Positions 20,198 to 31,240 of a DNA stretch of 64,000 nt are shown piece by piece; position 1 is the stretch's first letter, and every line of letters begins with the position of its first letter. Under the pieces are notes generated by a model, which saw nothing but the letters and a program-made list of their open reading frames with translations, had not been told where the DNA came from and made no database searches. The translations under genes and the position numbers were made by a program. The DNA is from Nitrospirales bacterium (lineage in GTDB: Bacteria > Nitrospirota > Nitrospiria > Nitrospirales > UBA8639). Where the stretch lies: assembly GCA_963555755.3 (NCBI GenBank), contig OY820905.2, positions 3,520,001-3,584,000 of the forward strand, read 5' to 3'.

Positions 20198-20617
20198 ATG
20201 CACATGAATCGTCTCTCAGTAATTATTGGATGTCTTCTCCTGCCTTCACTTCTTATAGGTTGTGAATTTCGAAAAGTCGTTGTCAATGATCCCATCCGTC
20301 CAGAAGACGTGGCCTTTATCAAGTCTGGCAAGACTACAATGCAAGAAGTCGTGTCCCAATTGGGCGCCCCCGATGAAATTTTGGGGACCTCTGACCATCT
20401 TTGGTTTCAGTACCACTTTAAGACAACAAAGTTTTTAAGAATTGACTTTGGGGTGTTGCTTCGTCTTTGGAGCCCTGTGTCTCCTCCTCTGAGTATTGGC
20501 CAAAGTAATGCTGGTACGGATGTATTGTTGATTGCCTTTGACCCTAAGTGGGTCACCCAAGACCTGAACTTTCCTCCGTCCAATGAAACAGACAAAGTAG
20601 GTTTTTGGCCTTTTTAA
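20198..20617 (+). CDS. SmpA/BamE-like lipoprotein
   Basis: LLIGC lipobox; IKSGKTTMQEVVSQLGAP. Confidence 0.65.
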   Translation: MHMNRLSVIIGCLLLPSLLIGCEFRKVVVNDPIRPEDVAFIKSGKTTMQEVVSQLGAPDEILGTSDHLWFQYHFKTTKFLRIDFGVLLRLWSPVSPPLSIGQSNAGTDVLLIAFDPKWVTQDLNFPPSNETDKVGFWPF

Positions 20618-20902
20618 CGTTAAGAGTACATCAGAGCCAGGCAATCTTCTATTGGAGACCAATATAAGACCATGACTTTGAAGAAAAGATCTTTTAGCGA
20701 GGCATGAGTAGGAAGGAACGTCGGAAGTTCCCTATTTTGAATTTCAAGACAGTTGTATTGGTCACGTATTCTTGGGAACTGGGATAATAAGGTAGTTCCG
20801 AAATCGTGGCTGGAATTCGCATGAGATGAAGTCTCCCTCATACCCAATGAAGAGGCTAACCCCCTCATGCCTTCACTTTGTCCCGGGCACACAATAGGAA
20901 GG

Positions 20903-22805
20903 CAGGGCCATTTCATTCTTTTTATAAGCAAGGGATTCCATGAGTTTTTTTTGATCACTTTTTCAGGGCAGAGCCATGCGGATGGCTACATGGGGCTTGG
21001 CCCAGAGCCATCGAAACGCCTGCGCGATATTGGTTTGGCCTTTCACGCGTAAGAGACTGATGGCATAGCGTCGCAGACAGGTCATGACCATCGGGCCATT
21101 GAGCCGTCGGATCTGACTCCGGTCTTCATCAAAGGTGACATCCAACACATAATGCTGCTTATTCTCCACACTCCAATGCTTCCGGTTTTGCGAGAGGATT
21201 TTCTTCGGCGAGGCCTTCGCTGGTGACTGACTTGTGACTCCGCATACGGTATCTACCGTCGTGATGCCCTTCTTGAGATGCGCGACTTCCCTCTCAATGC
21301 AGAAGACTTGCTGCACATGGGGAAAGGTGACAGAGGCATTCAGGGAGTCGTCGCACCAGATCCTGCGGATCGTGATTCGCCCATGGCCCTTATCGGTCGT
21401 CTCATCATCACATCGTTGTGCGGTCAAATCCAAGGCCTCAATGTCGTGCTTCAAGGTCGGCTGGTTCCCCTTGACGGTGAAGACGAAGTCGGCCCCGCGT
21501 TCTTGCACAAGGTAATTTGCGATCTCTTTCTGGGTGAGGAGCGCATCCGCCGTGATGACCTTCCCTTCGATCTCCAGCTCATCTAATAAGGGACGCACGC
21601 AGGGGATCTCATTGGTCTTGGTGTCGACTTTTTTGGGGTGAGGTGGCGCCCCTCGTCATGGGTGACGGCGCTGAGGACATGGGTCTGTTCGCTCGGGACC
21701 TTCGAAGTCCCCCGCATGGTCTTGCCATCAATGGCGATGCCCTGATCCTCCCCCCCAAAGGTGTCCAGCCACCGGCCGAGCAGGGTGTCGACTTCCCAGG
21801 GGTCGACGGCCGAGATAAATCGGTAGAGTGTGCTGCGGCTCGGGACGAGGTAGCGGCCCCCTCGTTTGGTGCATCCCAGCCGCTTGCGCATCGTCTGAGA
21901 TAACTGCTGGGCCCAGTCCGAGATCGCTTCATAGCCATCGGCGCCGCACAAGGTGGCACAGAACATGATCGCGGTGAGGGCGCGTCGGGTGTGTCGTTGC
22001 CCTTGCAAATTGCGTGGATCGGTCAATTGCACCACATAGGTAAACAGGGAGTTCGTCTGCTTGGCATTCAATCGCATCTGAGGTACCTCTCCTTTCTGAT
22101 AGAGCGGCTCCAACATCGGGCGGGCCAGGATCGCTCGGGCTTGGGGATGCAGACTTCTGACCAGAATTCGTTTGGGGTGGTCATGCGGAACATACCGCGT
22201 ATTGGCCTTGCGAAACCCTCGGGTCAGCCCGAGCTCCTGCCACCCGGCGGCTCGATAGCAGGTCCCGGTGAAGCGGGCAGGATCGACGAAGGTTTCTAAG
22301 AGGAGCACGGGGTAGCCGTGGCACATTTGCCAATCAGCCGTGATCCGTTTCGTGCAGAGCGACAGGACTTTCGAGGCAAGGTTCTTTTGCGAACAGCCCG
22401 GCAGGATGAGAAACCGGGTGTTGTTGGCTAGTAAATGGAGGCGTTGCCAGTGAAAACAGGGGGGCCAGCCGATCCAGTGGTCGCGCGGTTTCGATTTGAG
22501 GGCCGCCGCCGCAAACACCAGCAAGGCCAGCCAGCGATCCTGCACACAGGCGAGGTATTGGATCGATGGGCCAATCAGCGGGGCAGACCCGAGGTAGTGA
22601 TGTCTGTCGAGCAGGGTCTTGAAGGTGTCCTTCTCGTCCCGGACAATTGGGCGAACCACCACTTGCCCCAGATCGATGTCCGGCTGTCCGCTTGGGGATT
22701 CGTCTGGCATGAAAAAGAGTATGCCTCAAACGAAAAGAAAAAGCCAGCCTAAATCGATTATTCCTTATTATTTATGAAGTTACACTCTAATATGAAATAG
22801 CCCTG
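20903..22805 (-). mobile_element. ISAs1-family IS copy 2 (orfA 21583-22710, orfB ending 20963)
   Basis: Same ends and architecture as copy 1, but with many substitutions. Confidence 0.9.
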
Positions 22806-22814
22806 GCGTTGGTC

Positions 22815-23408
22815 GCACAGGACTACGCCCACCTAGTGTCCAGGCCCTATGTCTCCACGTTGAGTGGCAAAGAGGCCACAATCACTATTACCCGCAGCAA
22901 GTTTGTCGTGGTGAGCAAGCCTGAGGAAGGCGCATCGGTAATAGCCCTGAATCCCGTCGAAGCCGGCCTGATCTTGAAAGTCACACCAACAATCATGGCG
23001 CAAGGCTCGATTCGTTTAGTCATTAGTATCGAGGACTCCCAGTTTGTACCCACGGCATCTGCGGATCCGGGCAGTGTCACGATAGAAGTGTTTAAGAACA
23101 TGGGGACTACCGAGATGCAAGTGGTAAGTGGTGAAACGATCATCATTGGTGGTCTCACAAGGCATCAAGCAGCCAGGGCGAATTCCGGGATGCCCTGGTT
23201 ACGGCATGTGCCACTTTTCAAGTTGCTCTTTGCAAAACGGACTGAATTCAAATCCAATGACGAGGTCGTCATCTATTTGACGCCCTATGTCTTGGAGCCT
23301 AGCATGGAGACCCCTCTAGTTGCCCCCGATGCGTATGCCGTTCCCGAGGATCAAGGGGGACTGAGTCGTTTTGAACGATTTGGTCGCCCACCATCAGTTG
23401 AAAAATAA
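22815..23408 (+). pseudogene. Secretin, 3' part
   Basis: SRPYVSTLSGKEATI, GLILKVTPTI, SGETIIIGGL, GMPWLRHVPLFKLLF, EVVIYLTPY. Confidence 0.85.
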
Positions 23409-23876
23409 TTACCGGACATTTTCCGTCCTCCAATCCCGAAAACCCCAATGCCCCTTCAAAATGGTTCCGAAACTCTCACTATGCAACCTGGCCATACGCT
23501 TGACCCTCAAGCCTTGTAGCGCACTCGCCGGATAAAAAAGTCTTGCCCCCCGGAGGTCTTCGAAGAAGGGAAGACCGGATCATGCAGAATGTAGGGTTCT
23601 GGCAGCACAATACGATCAGGTGCACATAAATTTATGGCACTCCTCGTGGGGTATGTCGCCTCTCCTTTTGAGCGAATGGCGTCGTCTTGTATTGTTAGGT
23701 CGCTGCAGCATCTCATGCTGCCTCTTCCTGGCGTCATAGCCCCTTGGTCCGTGGGAAGAGGGCACGATACGATCGTGCAGCGACACAAGCAAGAACGCTC
23801 ACAGGAAGCAACGCCATGGCCAAGAAACTCCATGTGGCCAGAATTGGATAGCGGTAGGATAGAACCATATATTCTG

Positions 23877-25905
23877 GTGCGACCAGGCAAGGCTGGTCTG
23901 ATGGGAAAGGAGGCTGCGATGACTCTTTGAAAATCAGTTCATGGTCCAGTGGGTGCAAAACCCACCCAACCAAAGCGGAGCCCGGCAGGGTGGTAGCAAG
24001 CCTTGCGCCAGCGCGGGTAACCGTTATGGCGATGCGTAGGCATGCGAGCGTATGGGCCGCAGGAAATGCAGCCTCGAAAAGTGGAATATCCTGGATGTCT
24101 AGGGGCTCGGAATCTCTGAAGACCACGGCGTCGTCGCCGGTATGGGGCAAGGCGGCGGGGCATCCGGCGGGGTGAACGACTGGGGCACGTACGAAGAGGA
24201 TGATCCAGGAACCTGGGAGGCCCTCATTTCTCCCTGGGAGATACCCGGTGCCACGGGGACCCGGTGACCACTCTCCGACGAACACGCGGACGCGGGTGCC
24301 TGCGTGACTCGGTGTAGAACAAGCACTCGCCTCAGGGTAGGCCGACGGCAAGGGGAACCGGAGCTGCGGCTGAGGGGGATGAGGGAGTCGGAGGGCGGCA
24401 TAGGAGCGACAACGTCGGGGAACGGGGTGGTGCCTGGACCGGACCGAGCAAAGGCTGCCCGTGTTGATAGGAACGTCAGGAGGGAACCATGACCAAGGCA
24501 TTGATGTGGGATTCCATGTCACCGGAACTTTTGACGGTAGCGGAACGAGCGAAACGGGAACCCGAAGGACGATTTCACGCCTTGGCCCATCTCATCGATG
24601 TGCCAGCTCTGACACGCGCCTACCGACGACTCCGCAGGAATGCCGCGGTAGGTGTGGATGGTATCACCAAGGAGCAGTATGGGCAGGAGCTGGAGCGGAA
24701 TCTCCAGGATCTGCATCACCGGCTGAAGACGAAGCGGTATCGTCATCAACCGATTCTCCGGGGATATGTGCCAAAGGGGCAGGGTCGGCACAGGCCGATT
24801 GGGATATCGGCGACAGAGGACAAAGTGGTCCAAGGGGCGCTGCGGGACGTATGGGAGGCCATATACGAGACGGAGGTTACCGATAGCTCGTATGGGTTTC
24901 GACCGAAACGCGGTGCGCATGACGCGCTTCGGACTTTGAACCGAGCGGGGCATGGTGGGGAAATGAACTGGATCGTGGAGGCGGACATCGTCTCGTACTT
25001 TGACAGCTTGGATCGCACCAAGCTGAAGGAGATGATTCAGAAACGGGTCGCCGATGGGGCGCTCATGCGGCTCATTGGCAAATGCTTGAATGTGGGCGTG
25101 CTGGACGGCGAGGTGTATTCCGAGCCGGACGTGGGCACGGCCCAAGGATCGGTCCTCTCCCCGCTCCTCGGGAACAGCTACCTCCATTACGTGCTCGATC
25201 TCTGGGTAGAATCCGAAGTGAAGCCACACCTCCGGGGGAAGTGCATCTTCGTCCGGTATTGTGATGACTTCATCTTTGGTTTCGAATGCCAGGACGATGC
25301 GGAGTGGGTGATGCTGCTGCTGGGAAAGCGGATGGGAACATATGGACTGACCCTCCATCCGGACAAGACTCGCCTGTTGTACTTTGGGCGACCGTTCAAG
25401 GGGCAGCAGGCAGGCAAGGGGCCGGCCAGTTTCGATTTCCTCGGGTTCACGCTGTAGTGGAAGCGGTCCCGATATGGACGCTGGATCTTGGCATTCAAGA
25501 CCCGAGGTGCACGCCTCACGCGGGCCATTCGGTCTGTGTACGACCGGTGCCGACGCCATCGGCACCGGTCGGTGAAGGAGCAGCACATGGCGCTCGGGAG
25601 GCACGTGCGCGGCCACATGAACTATTTTGGCGTGAACGGGAATATCCGTAGCCTGCATCTTCTTCTGGTGCAGGTTCAACGTGCCTGGTTCAAGTGGCTT
25701 CGGCGTCGCAGCCAACGGACGCGCCTCACGTGGGAGAGGTATCAGGACCTGTTACGGGACTTTCCTCTTCCCCGTCCACGGATCGTCGTCCAGATCTGGG
25801 GGCGGTAACCCGCGAGCCATATCAGCGGAGGAGCCGGATGGTCGAAATGTCCTTGTCCGGTTCTGGCGAGGGCCTCGGCTGGGTGACTGGCCGGGGCTAC
25901 TCTAC
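23877..25905 (+). mobile_element. Group II intron
   Basis: 5' GTGCG at 23877; domain V/VI GAGGAGCCGGATG...GTCCGGTTCTGGCGAGGG...GGGGCTACTCTAC ending 25905; internal RT ORF. Confidence 0.88.
24516..25808 (+). pseudogene. Group II intron reverse transcriptase/maturase with an in-frame amber stop at 25455-25457
   Basis: SYGFRPKRGAHDAL, ADIVSYFD, GTAQGSVLSPLLGN, VRYCDDF, FDFLGFT; the same frame continues to PLPRPRIVVQIWGR. Confidence 0.85.
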
Positions 25906-25906
25906 T

Positions 25907-26315
25907 ATGATCCATCCTTACTCGCAGAGTCGGCCAGACCATCAGAATCGGAGACGACGTGTCCATTACCGTGCTCGGCGTTAAAGGCACTCAAGTAAAG
26001 GTCGGAATCAACGCACCAAAAACTCTTCCAGTACACCGCGAGGAAATCTACAGACGGATTCAGCGGGAGTTGAGCAGAAGCGGCAGAGTCAATCCCGCAA
26101 AAGCCATCAGGGGGTTGGTCAATATGGAAGAAGATGATTTCGATGAGTTCGTAGACACGGTTCAGGAAGTGACCAACAGGGGAATATCCATAGCTTGGAC
26201 ACCGGCTGGAAGCGACGACGTGTCGATCCAAACTCCTGTAGACGACGATGAAGCAAAATTGATCGAAGACATAGCCAGTCATATGGGCATCTCCATCATC
26301 AGTTGGGCATACTAG
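25907..26315 (+). pseudogene. csrA: CsrA/RsmA-like gene with C-terminal extension; apparent +1 frameshift after the ATG
   Basis: [46 protein letters not shown] reads from 25914, out of frame with ATG 25907. Confidence 0.7.
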
Positions 26316-26488
26316 CCAAATCCGATTTGGAATGCTGCCGGGAGGTTGAGATAATTGTGGTGTGAAAGATGAGCGACAACATTCTTACGGAAGAGGCAAT
26401 GACTGCGCTTGATCGAGCCAAACAGATCGTCGCGGATATGGAAGAAATCAGCATCCCACACTCTGTCCGGGAAGAGTGTTCTGAGTTC

Positions 26489-26736
26489 TGTAGTAGTCGC
26501 GACTTAATCTGACAGTTACCGGTTAGAGTCGAGTGACTGTCAGGTCAAGTTTAAGCGATCAACTTTTCCCTCCAGATTTGTTTGCCGTCTTCCAATGTTT
26601 CCATCGGTGTTCGACCACAACACATCTTACCCTGATGAGTTCGTTGCGTGTTGTATTTCACCAGCCACTTAACCAAGTCAACCTGAAGCAATTCTAGATC
26701 GCCGTAGAGCTTCCTGCGGAAAGTGACCTGGCAAAA
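26489..26736 (-). mobile_element. IS481-family 3' remnant
   Basis: Minus strand FCQVTFRRKLYGDLELLQVDLVKWLVKYNTQRTHQGKMCCGRTPMETLEDGKQIWREK*; TGT terminus near 26489. Confidence 0.7.
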
Positions 26737-26844
26737 GGTCTTTTTGACGCCTTCCGCCCCTATCGGGACGGCAAAGGAGCCACCAACTTCAACTCATGTT
26801 TTTAGCAATGAATGGGACATCCCCTTCGTCTCAACCCGTTCGAA

Positions 26845-27333
26845 TCACCAGCTCACGGTGCCCCGCGACTTGCACCGGTTGTTGTTGAGGCTCGTGCCGC
26901 CCGAGCTGAATTTCGCACCCTTTTTAATTCCGTATTTGTAGTATAGCCGGCTACTCTTGCGGCAGCTCTTGGTGTCGCCTCCCTGTATCTCGATCACGAG
27001 CCAGACCTCGTCTCCTTCGTTGGGCCAATCATCGTATACATCAAGCTCGCAATATGCCTTCTGGCCACCGTTGTACCAGTTTTTCTCTCCATCGAAGAAC
27101 GAGGAGCCGATCTCCTTTGTGCACTTGGCACCGTATGTCTTCACGTTGCCAGTGTCCTGGTCCTTTACTTTGATCTTGACATGCGCTCTATAGGAACCGT
27201 TGTTCTTCCATTGCAAAAGCGATACCTGGTCTGCTAGAGCGACGCTGGCGGGCACCAGCAGGATCATCGTCACAACCAGCATCAGGCACCAGTTGACCGA
27301 CCCTGTCATGCGGTTCTTGTGTGTATTCATCAC
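26845..27333 (-). CDS. Exported hypothetical protein (signal peptide, 4 Cys in the mature part)
   Basis: AGGAG RBS; hydrophobic leader ending ALA-D. Confidence 0.65.
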   Translation of the reverse strand: MMNTHKNRMTGSVNWCLMLVVTMILLVPASVALADQVSLLQWKNNGSYRAHVKIKVKDQDTGNVKTYGAKCTKEIGSSFFDGEKNWYNGGQKAYCELDVYDDWPNEGDEVWLVIEIQGGDTKSCRKSSRLYYKYGIKKGAKFSSGGTSLNNNRCKSRGTVSW

Positions 27334-27353
27334 CTTCTCCTTAGTGAAAATGT

Positions 27354-27500
27354 GAGTGTGTGCTTAATGTTAGTTGGAATTTGAAGCGGCTCCCCCACCT
27401 GTGGTGAGATGGCGTTCGACAAAGAATCGGCATCTCGTCAACAGAACAAAGGAGCCACTTCATGAGCAGTATTGCGGAAATCAAGAGACGAAGCAAGAAG
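27354..27500 (+). mobile_element. IS256 left-end fragment truncated by the neighbouring IS
   Basis: Similar to the reverse complement of 14555-14699 (GAGTGTGTGCT..GTTAGTTG, GTGGTGAGATGGCGTTCGAC, GGAGCCACTTCATGA). Confidence 0.75.
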
Positions 27501-27502
27501 GA

Positions 27503-28912
27503 GTCTCTTCCAATATGAAATGATACTGAAGGGAGAGCATGATTCTACCATGAAATGATACTGAACAGGGTCCGGGTTCTGTTCATGATGAGGAATGCAC
27601 ATCATCATGAACGACACAACAATCAAGACCATCGAACACGTTCGTCAATTTCTCAACGGGGTCGGAGCCATTGAATGCAGTATTGAAGGTAAGGATGCCC
27701 GTTATGCCTGGATTCAGACCCTGTTGCTCCGTTTCCACTACCACCAGCTCGGCAAAGCCGAGAAGGGGCGCCTGCTGGACTTTCTCCAGAAGGTCAGCGA
27801 CTATTCCCGGATCCAGGCCAAACGGTTGAGTCAGCAGGACCTCCAAACCGGCCAACTCCAACGGCGTCAGCGCACCGTCCAAGGGTTTCGCTGCACCTAT
27901 ACGCTAGCGGACATCCGGTTGGTGGCGCAGACCGATGAGCTGCACGGCACGCTCTCGGGGCCAGCCACCAAGAAGCTGTGTGAGCGTGCCTGGATGCGCT
28001 TTGGGCAGTCCGAGTACCACCGGTTGGCTGGCATCTCCGTGAGCTACCTGTATGTCCTACGGCACAGCTCCAGTTCCCCACATGTTTGCCAGCACTTCGA
28101 CAAGACCCGCCACACGGGCTCCAGTCTCGGCGAGCGTCGGCAACCCCAGCCCAATGGCCAGCCAGGATATCTGCGAGTGGATACGGTCCACCAGGGCGAT
28201 TTCGATGGCGTGAAGGGGGTCTCCCCTATTAACGCCGTCGATGAAGTGACGCCGTTCGAAATCGTCTGGTCGGTAGAGAACATCAGTGAACGGTACCTGA
28301 TTCCCGTGTTGGCAGACCTCCTCGATCAATTTCCGTTTGTGATTCTCGCCTTCCATGCCGATAACGGCTCGGAGTATATCAACACGCACGTGGTCACAGT
28401 GCTCAACAAACTGCTGATCGAACTGACCAAATCCCGTGCTCGACACTGCAACGACAATGCCTTAGTGGAAAGTAAGAACGGGGCGATCATTCGGAAACAG
28501 CTGGGTTACGTCCACATTCCCCAACAGTGGGCGCCCCAGCTCAAGGCCTTCCATCGCGACCACCTCAATCCCTACATTACCTTTCACCGGCCCTGTTTTT
28601 TCCCGGTCGTACTCATTGACGCCAAGGGCAAAGCTCGGAAGCGGTATCCCTACGAGGCCATGATGACCCCCTATGACAAATTCACATCCTTGCCCAAGCC
28701 GGCGCAATACCTCAAACCAGGAAGGACCCTTCAACAACTCGACGCCTTGGCCACGGCGAGCAGCGATACTGAGGCCGCCAAACAATTGAACGCGGCCAAG
28801 CTGAAACTCTATCAACGCATCTTTGAACAGAAACATCGGACGGCCTGATGACTCAGATGCATGGCACGTCTCGACTCCCGGCTTTCAGTGTCATTTATGG
28901 ATTAGAAAATGC
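27503..28912 (+). mobile_element. Integrase-core (rve) DDE IS, ISNCY/IS481-like; transposase 27595-28848; ends approximate
   Basis: LRVDTVHQG, FHADNGSEYIN, DNALVESKNG; repeated end motif AAATGATACTGAA, inverted near 28884-28907. Confidence 0.78.
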
Positions 28913-28971
28913 TAGGATGCGCATGTTCAGGCTATTCTATCCGGCCACCAGGTGTGGGTAACCATGACGCC

Positions 28972-29505
28972 ATGAAAAAATTAATTCATAGTTTGTTGAC
29001 CATGCTTCTGATCTGTCTGAGTTATTTAGGAACCATGGGGGCCACGACAGCAGGGGAGGAAGGTTCCTTACGCGATCCGTTTGCCTATTGCGCAACGGTG
29101 GGAACCATCGATGCCCCCGGACCCCGGTACATCGGGCCGGCCATGCCGGAAGGGATTATTCGACAGCTCAAGGATGCGTTCGGCTTGGCTGCGGATGTCT
29201 CCCTTGCGCCCTTGCTCAAGGGTTGGGCCTGGCGGTGTATGGAGGGCAAGGTCTACGCGTGTATGGTGGGTGCAAATCTTCCCTGTACGACGAAGGCTGA
29301 TAGCAGTCCCGAACCAGCCAAGCCCCTACGGGAGTTCTGCCGTACTCGATTCAACGCCGCCGCAATTCCCGCAGTCGTGACCGGACGGGCCACGATCTAT
29401 GCTTGGCGTTGCTCGGGAGGCCAGCCGATCATCGATAGACAAATGAGTCAGGTCGACCACGCTGGCTTCCTTTCCGACATCTGGTACCAGATCAGTCCCG
29501 AATGA
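28972..29505 (+). CDS. Exported Cys-rich hypothetical protein
   Basis: Signal-like MKKLIHSLL...; DPFAYC, WRCMEGKVYACMVGANLPC, WRC. Confidence 0.65.
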   Translation: MKKLIHSLLTMLLICLSYLGTMGATTAGEEGSLRDPFAYCATVGTIDAPGPRYIGPAMPEGIIRQLKDAFGLAADVSLAPLLKGWAWRCMEGKVYACMVGANLPCTTKADSSPEPAKPLREFCRTRFNAAAIPAVVTGRATIYAWRCSGGQPIIDRQMSQVDHAGFLSDIWYQISPE

Positions 29506-29569
29506 CTGGCACGCCAGATTTGGTCCGGTCACGACCCTCCGGTTAGGGGTCAGGTTAGGGGTCAGGTCT

Positions 29570-31038
29570 CAATACTGTTCACTTAGATATCTTCGGTGGT
29601 TTGATGGATGGTGTCCAGTCAATTTGCGCAACGGGCGGTCTCGGACGTTTGTACGGTGCGTATGGAGAGTTTCGGCGTTTCACCATCCTCGGCTTGATTT
29701 TTCCACGACTGGATTCACACAACAGTTTCGCCGTCGCCTCAAACAGCAGCCGATACCATGTTTTTTGGCGCTCAGGGGGGAAGGGCCCCAGATTGGGGCA
29801 GGGTTCGACGCACTAACTGCACCGTGGCCGTAAAAGATACTGTGCGGTCCGGGATGTCTGCCTGGGTGGCCCCTTGATACATCAACCAGCGCACGGCGTA
29901 GTGGGCCATCACCCATCCGTAGAACTCTTGACGCACCAACTCTGGCGTTTTACTGCGCAGGACGCGACGACGTTGCCTCAGGTGCGTCTTCAGCTCATCA
30001 AACACCAATTCCACCTCCCAGCGCTCGTGATACAGTTGAGCCAGGTCCTGGGCGGGTGCGCCTTGGTCATCCAGCAGCGTGGTGACGAGACGGTACAGCG
30101 GTTCGCTATTGGGCCCCTGCGGTAAGACATACTCAATCACCCTGATGGCGATCCCATCAATTCGCTTTCTTCTGGCGCGTTCACTGGGATACAGATGGCT
30201 CAGGTACGAGCCATCGTCCAACAGCTTGTCAACTGGAAGGATCAAGCTCTTCGGCATGCGCCAGAGTAGTTGCGCTCCGGTCTGAAGGCCGGCCTGCCAA
30301 TGGGCGTACCCGACAAAGCCGCGATCGGCCATGCAGAGCATGTCGGGCGTGAGGCGACGCACCAAGGGCGCGGCCACCTCCCATTCGGCCTGCTTATAGG
30401 CCCCTAGTTCGGCATCCAAAATGGCGTGACTGGCACATTCCGTCAAAATGGCGCACTGGGCTTGGGGGTAGCCGGCCTGCCCGGTTCGGCTGCCTGGGTA
30501 CCCAAAGGCTTGCACATTGGCTTCCTCATCCGGGACCTCAAAGTTGGAGCCATCTATCGCGACGAGTCGGTAGCCTGCAAAAAAGGCGTGGGCATGCTCT
30601 GGACGAGCCAACGGGCGCAAGCAGCGCTGTCCAATGGCTTTCAGCGCCTGCCACGTCAGCCGTGAGCGGGCTTTGCTGGTGGCGGATTTGACAACGCTCA
30701 CGGGAGCAACGGGTTTGTGGTCTTTCCATGCCAGCCCTTGGGCCACAGCGGCAAACACCGCTTCGTACGCGGCCTCGCTGTATAAGCTCAACGCCATGGT
30801 GTAGTACACCACGGCAGAAGCGGGAAAGGTGCGGACACGTTCACTGTTACAATGATGTGCGTCAAGTTCTTCGTTGATGATGGCCACCGGAAAGGCACGA
30901 GCCAGTAATCCCGTGCTCAAATAATCCGCCAATCGAGCCCCCGCCCCCAAGCCGACTTTCTTTCTTGCCATGTTGCCTCCTCCCAGATTACGTGTGGAGG
31001 CGAAGTATAACAGATTTTCATCTAAGTGAACAGTATTG
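29570..31038 (-). mobile_element. IS4-family IS copy A (transposase 29772-30971), 10-bp TSD GGTCAGGTCT
   Basis: Terminal IR CAATACTGTTCACTTAGAT; AIDGS, ADRGF, YHERWEVELVFDELK motifs; TSD at 29560-29569 and 31039-31048. Confidence 0.92.
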
Positions 31039-31084
31039 GGTCAGGTCTTGCAATGCCATATCACTTCGGCTTCTCTTCCTCCGC

Positions 31085-31186
31085 TCACTTTACCACTCGA
31101 CTGACGATACTGTCATGGACGCCAAAATACTCGGCAATGTCCTTTTTGGTGTATCCCCCAGAAGTAAACGCAAGGGTTATCGTACG
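31085..31186 (-). pseudogene. C-terminal HTH remnant resembling a REP-associated tyrosine transposase (RAYT)
   Basis: RTITLAFTSGGYTKKDIAEYFGVHDSIVSRVVK*, lying between inverted GGGGTCAGGTCTTGCA arms. Confidence 0.55.
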
Positions 31187-31240
31187 ATAAATGTTGCGGG
31201 TGGTCAGGGCACCCCGTATGTGGCACTGCAAGACCTGACC

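Larger units (their letters stand above)
15972..22805 (-). mobile_element. Composite transposon bounded by two direct ISAs1-family copies, 9-bp TSD GCGTTGGTC
   Basis: TSD at 15963-15971 and 22806-22814; removing the element rejoins the secretin frame as EALVAQDYAHLVSRPY. Confidence 0.85.

Noticed and set aside
24519..25715. 398-aa minus-strand ORF
   Set aside because: Antisense to the intron RT with no recognisable motifs.
24489..25808. Retron, DGR or defence-associated reverse transcriptase
   Set aside because: The GTGCG 5' end, domain V/VI and maturase tail identify an ordinary group II intron.
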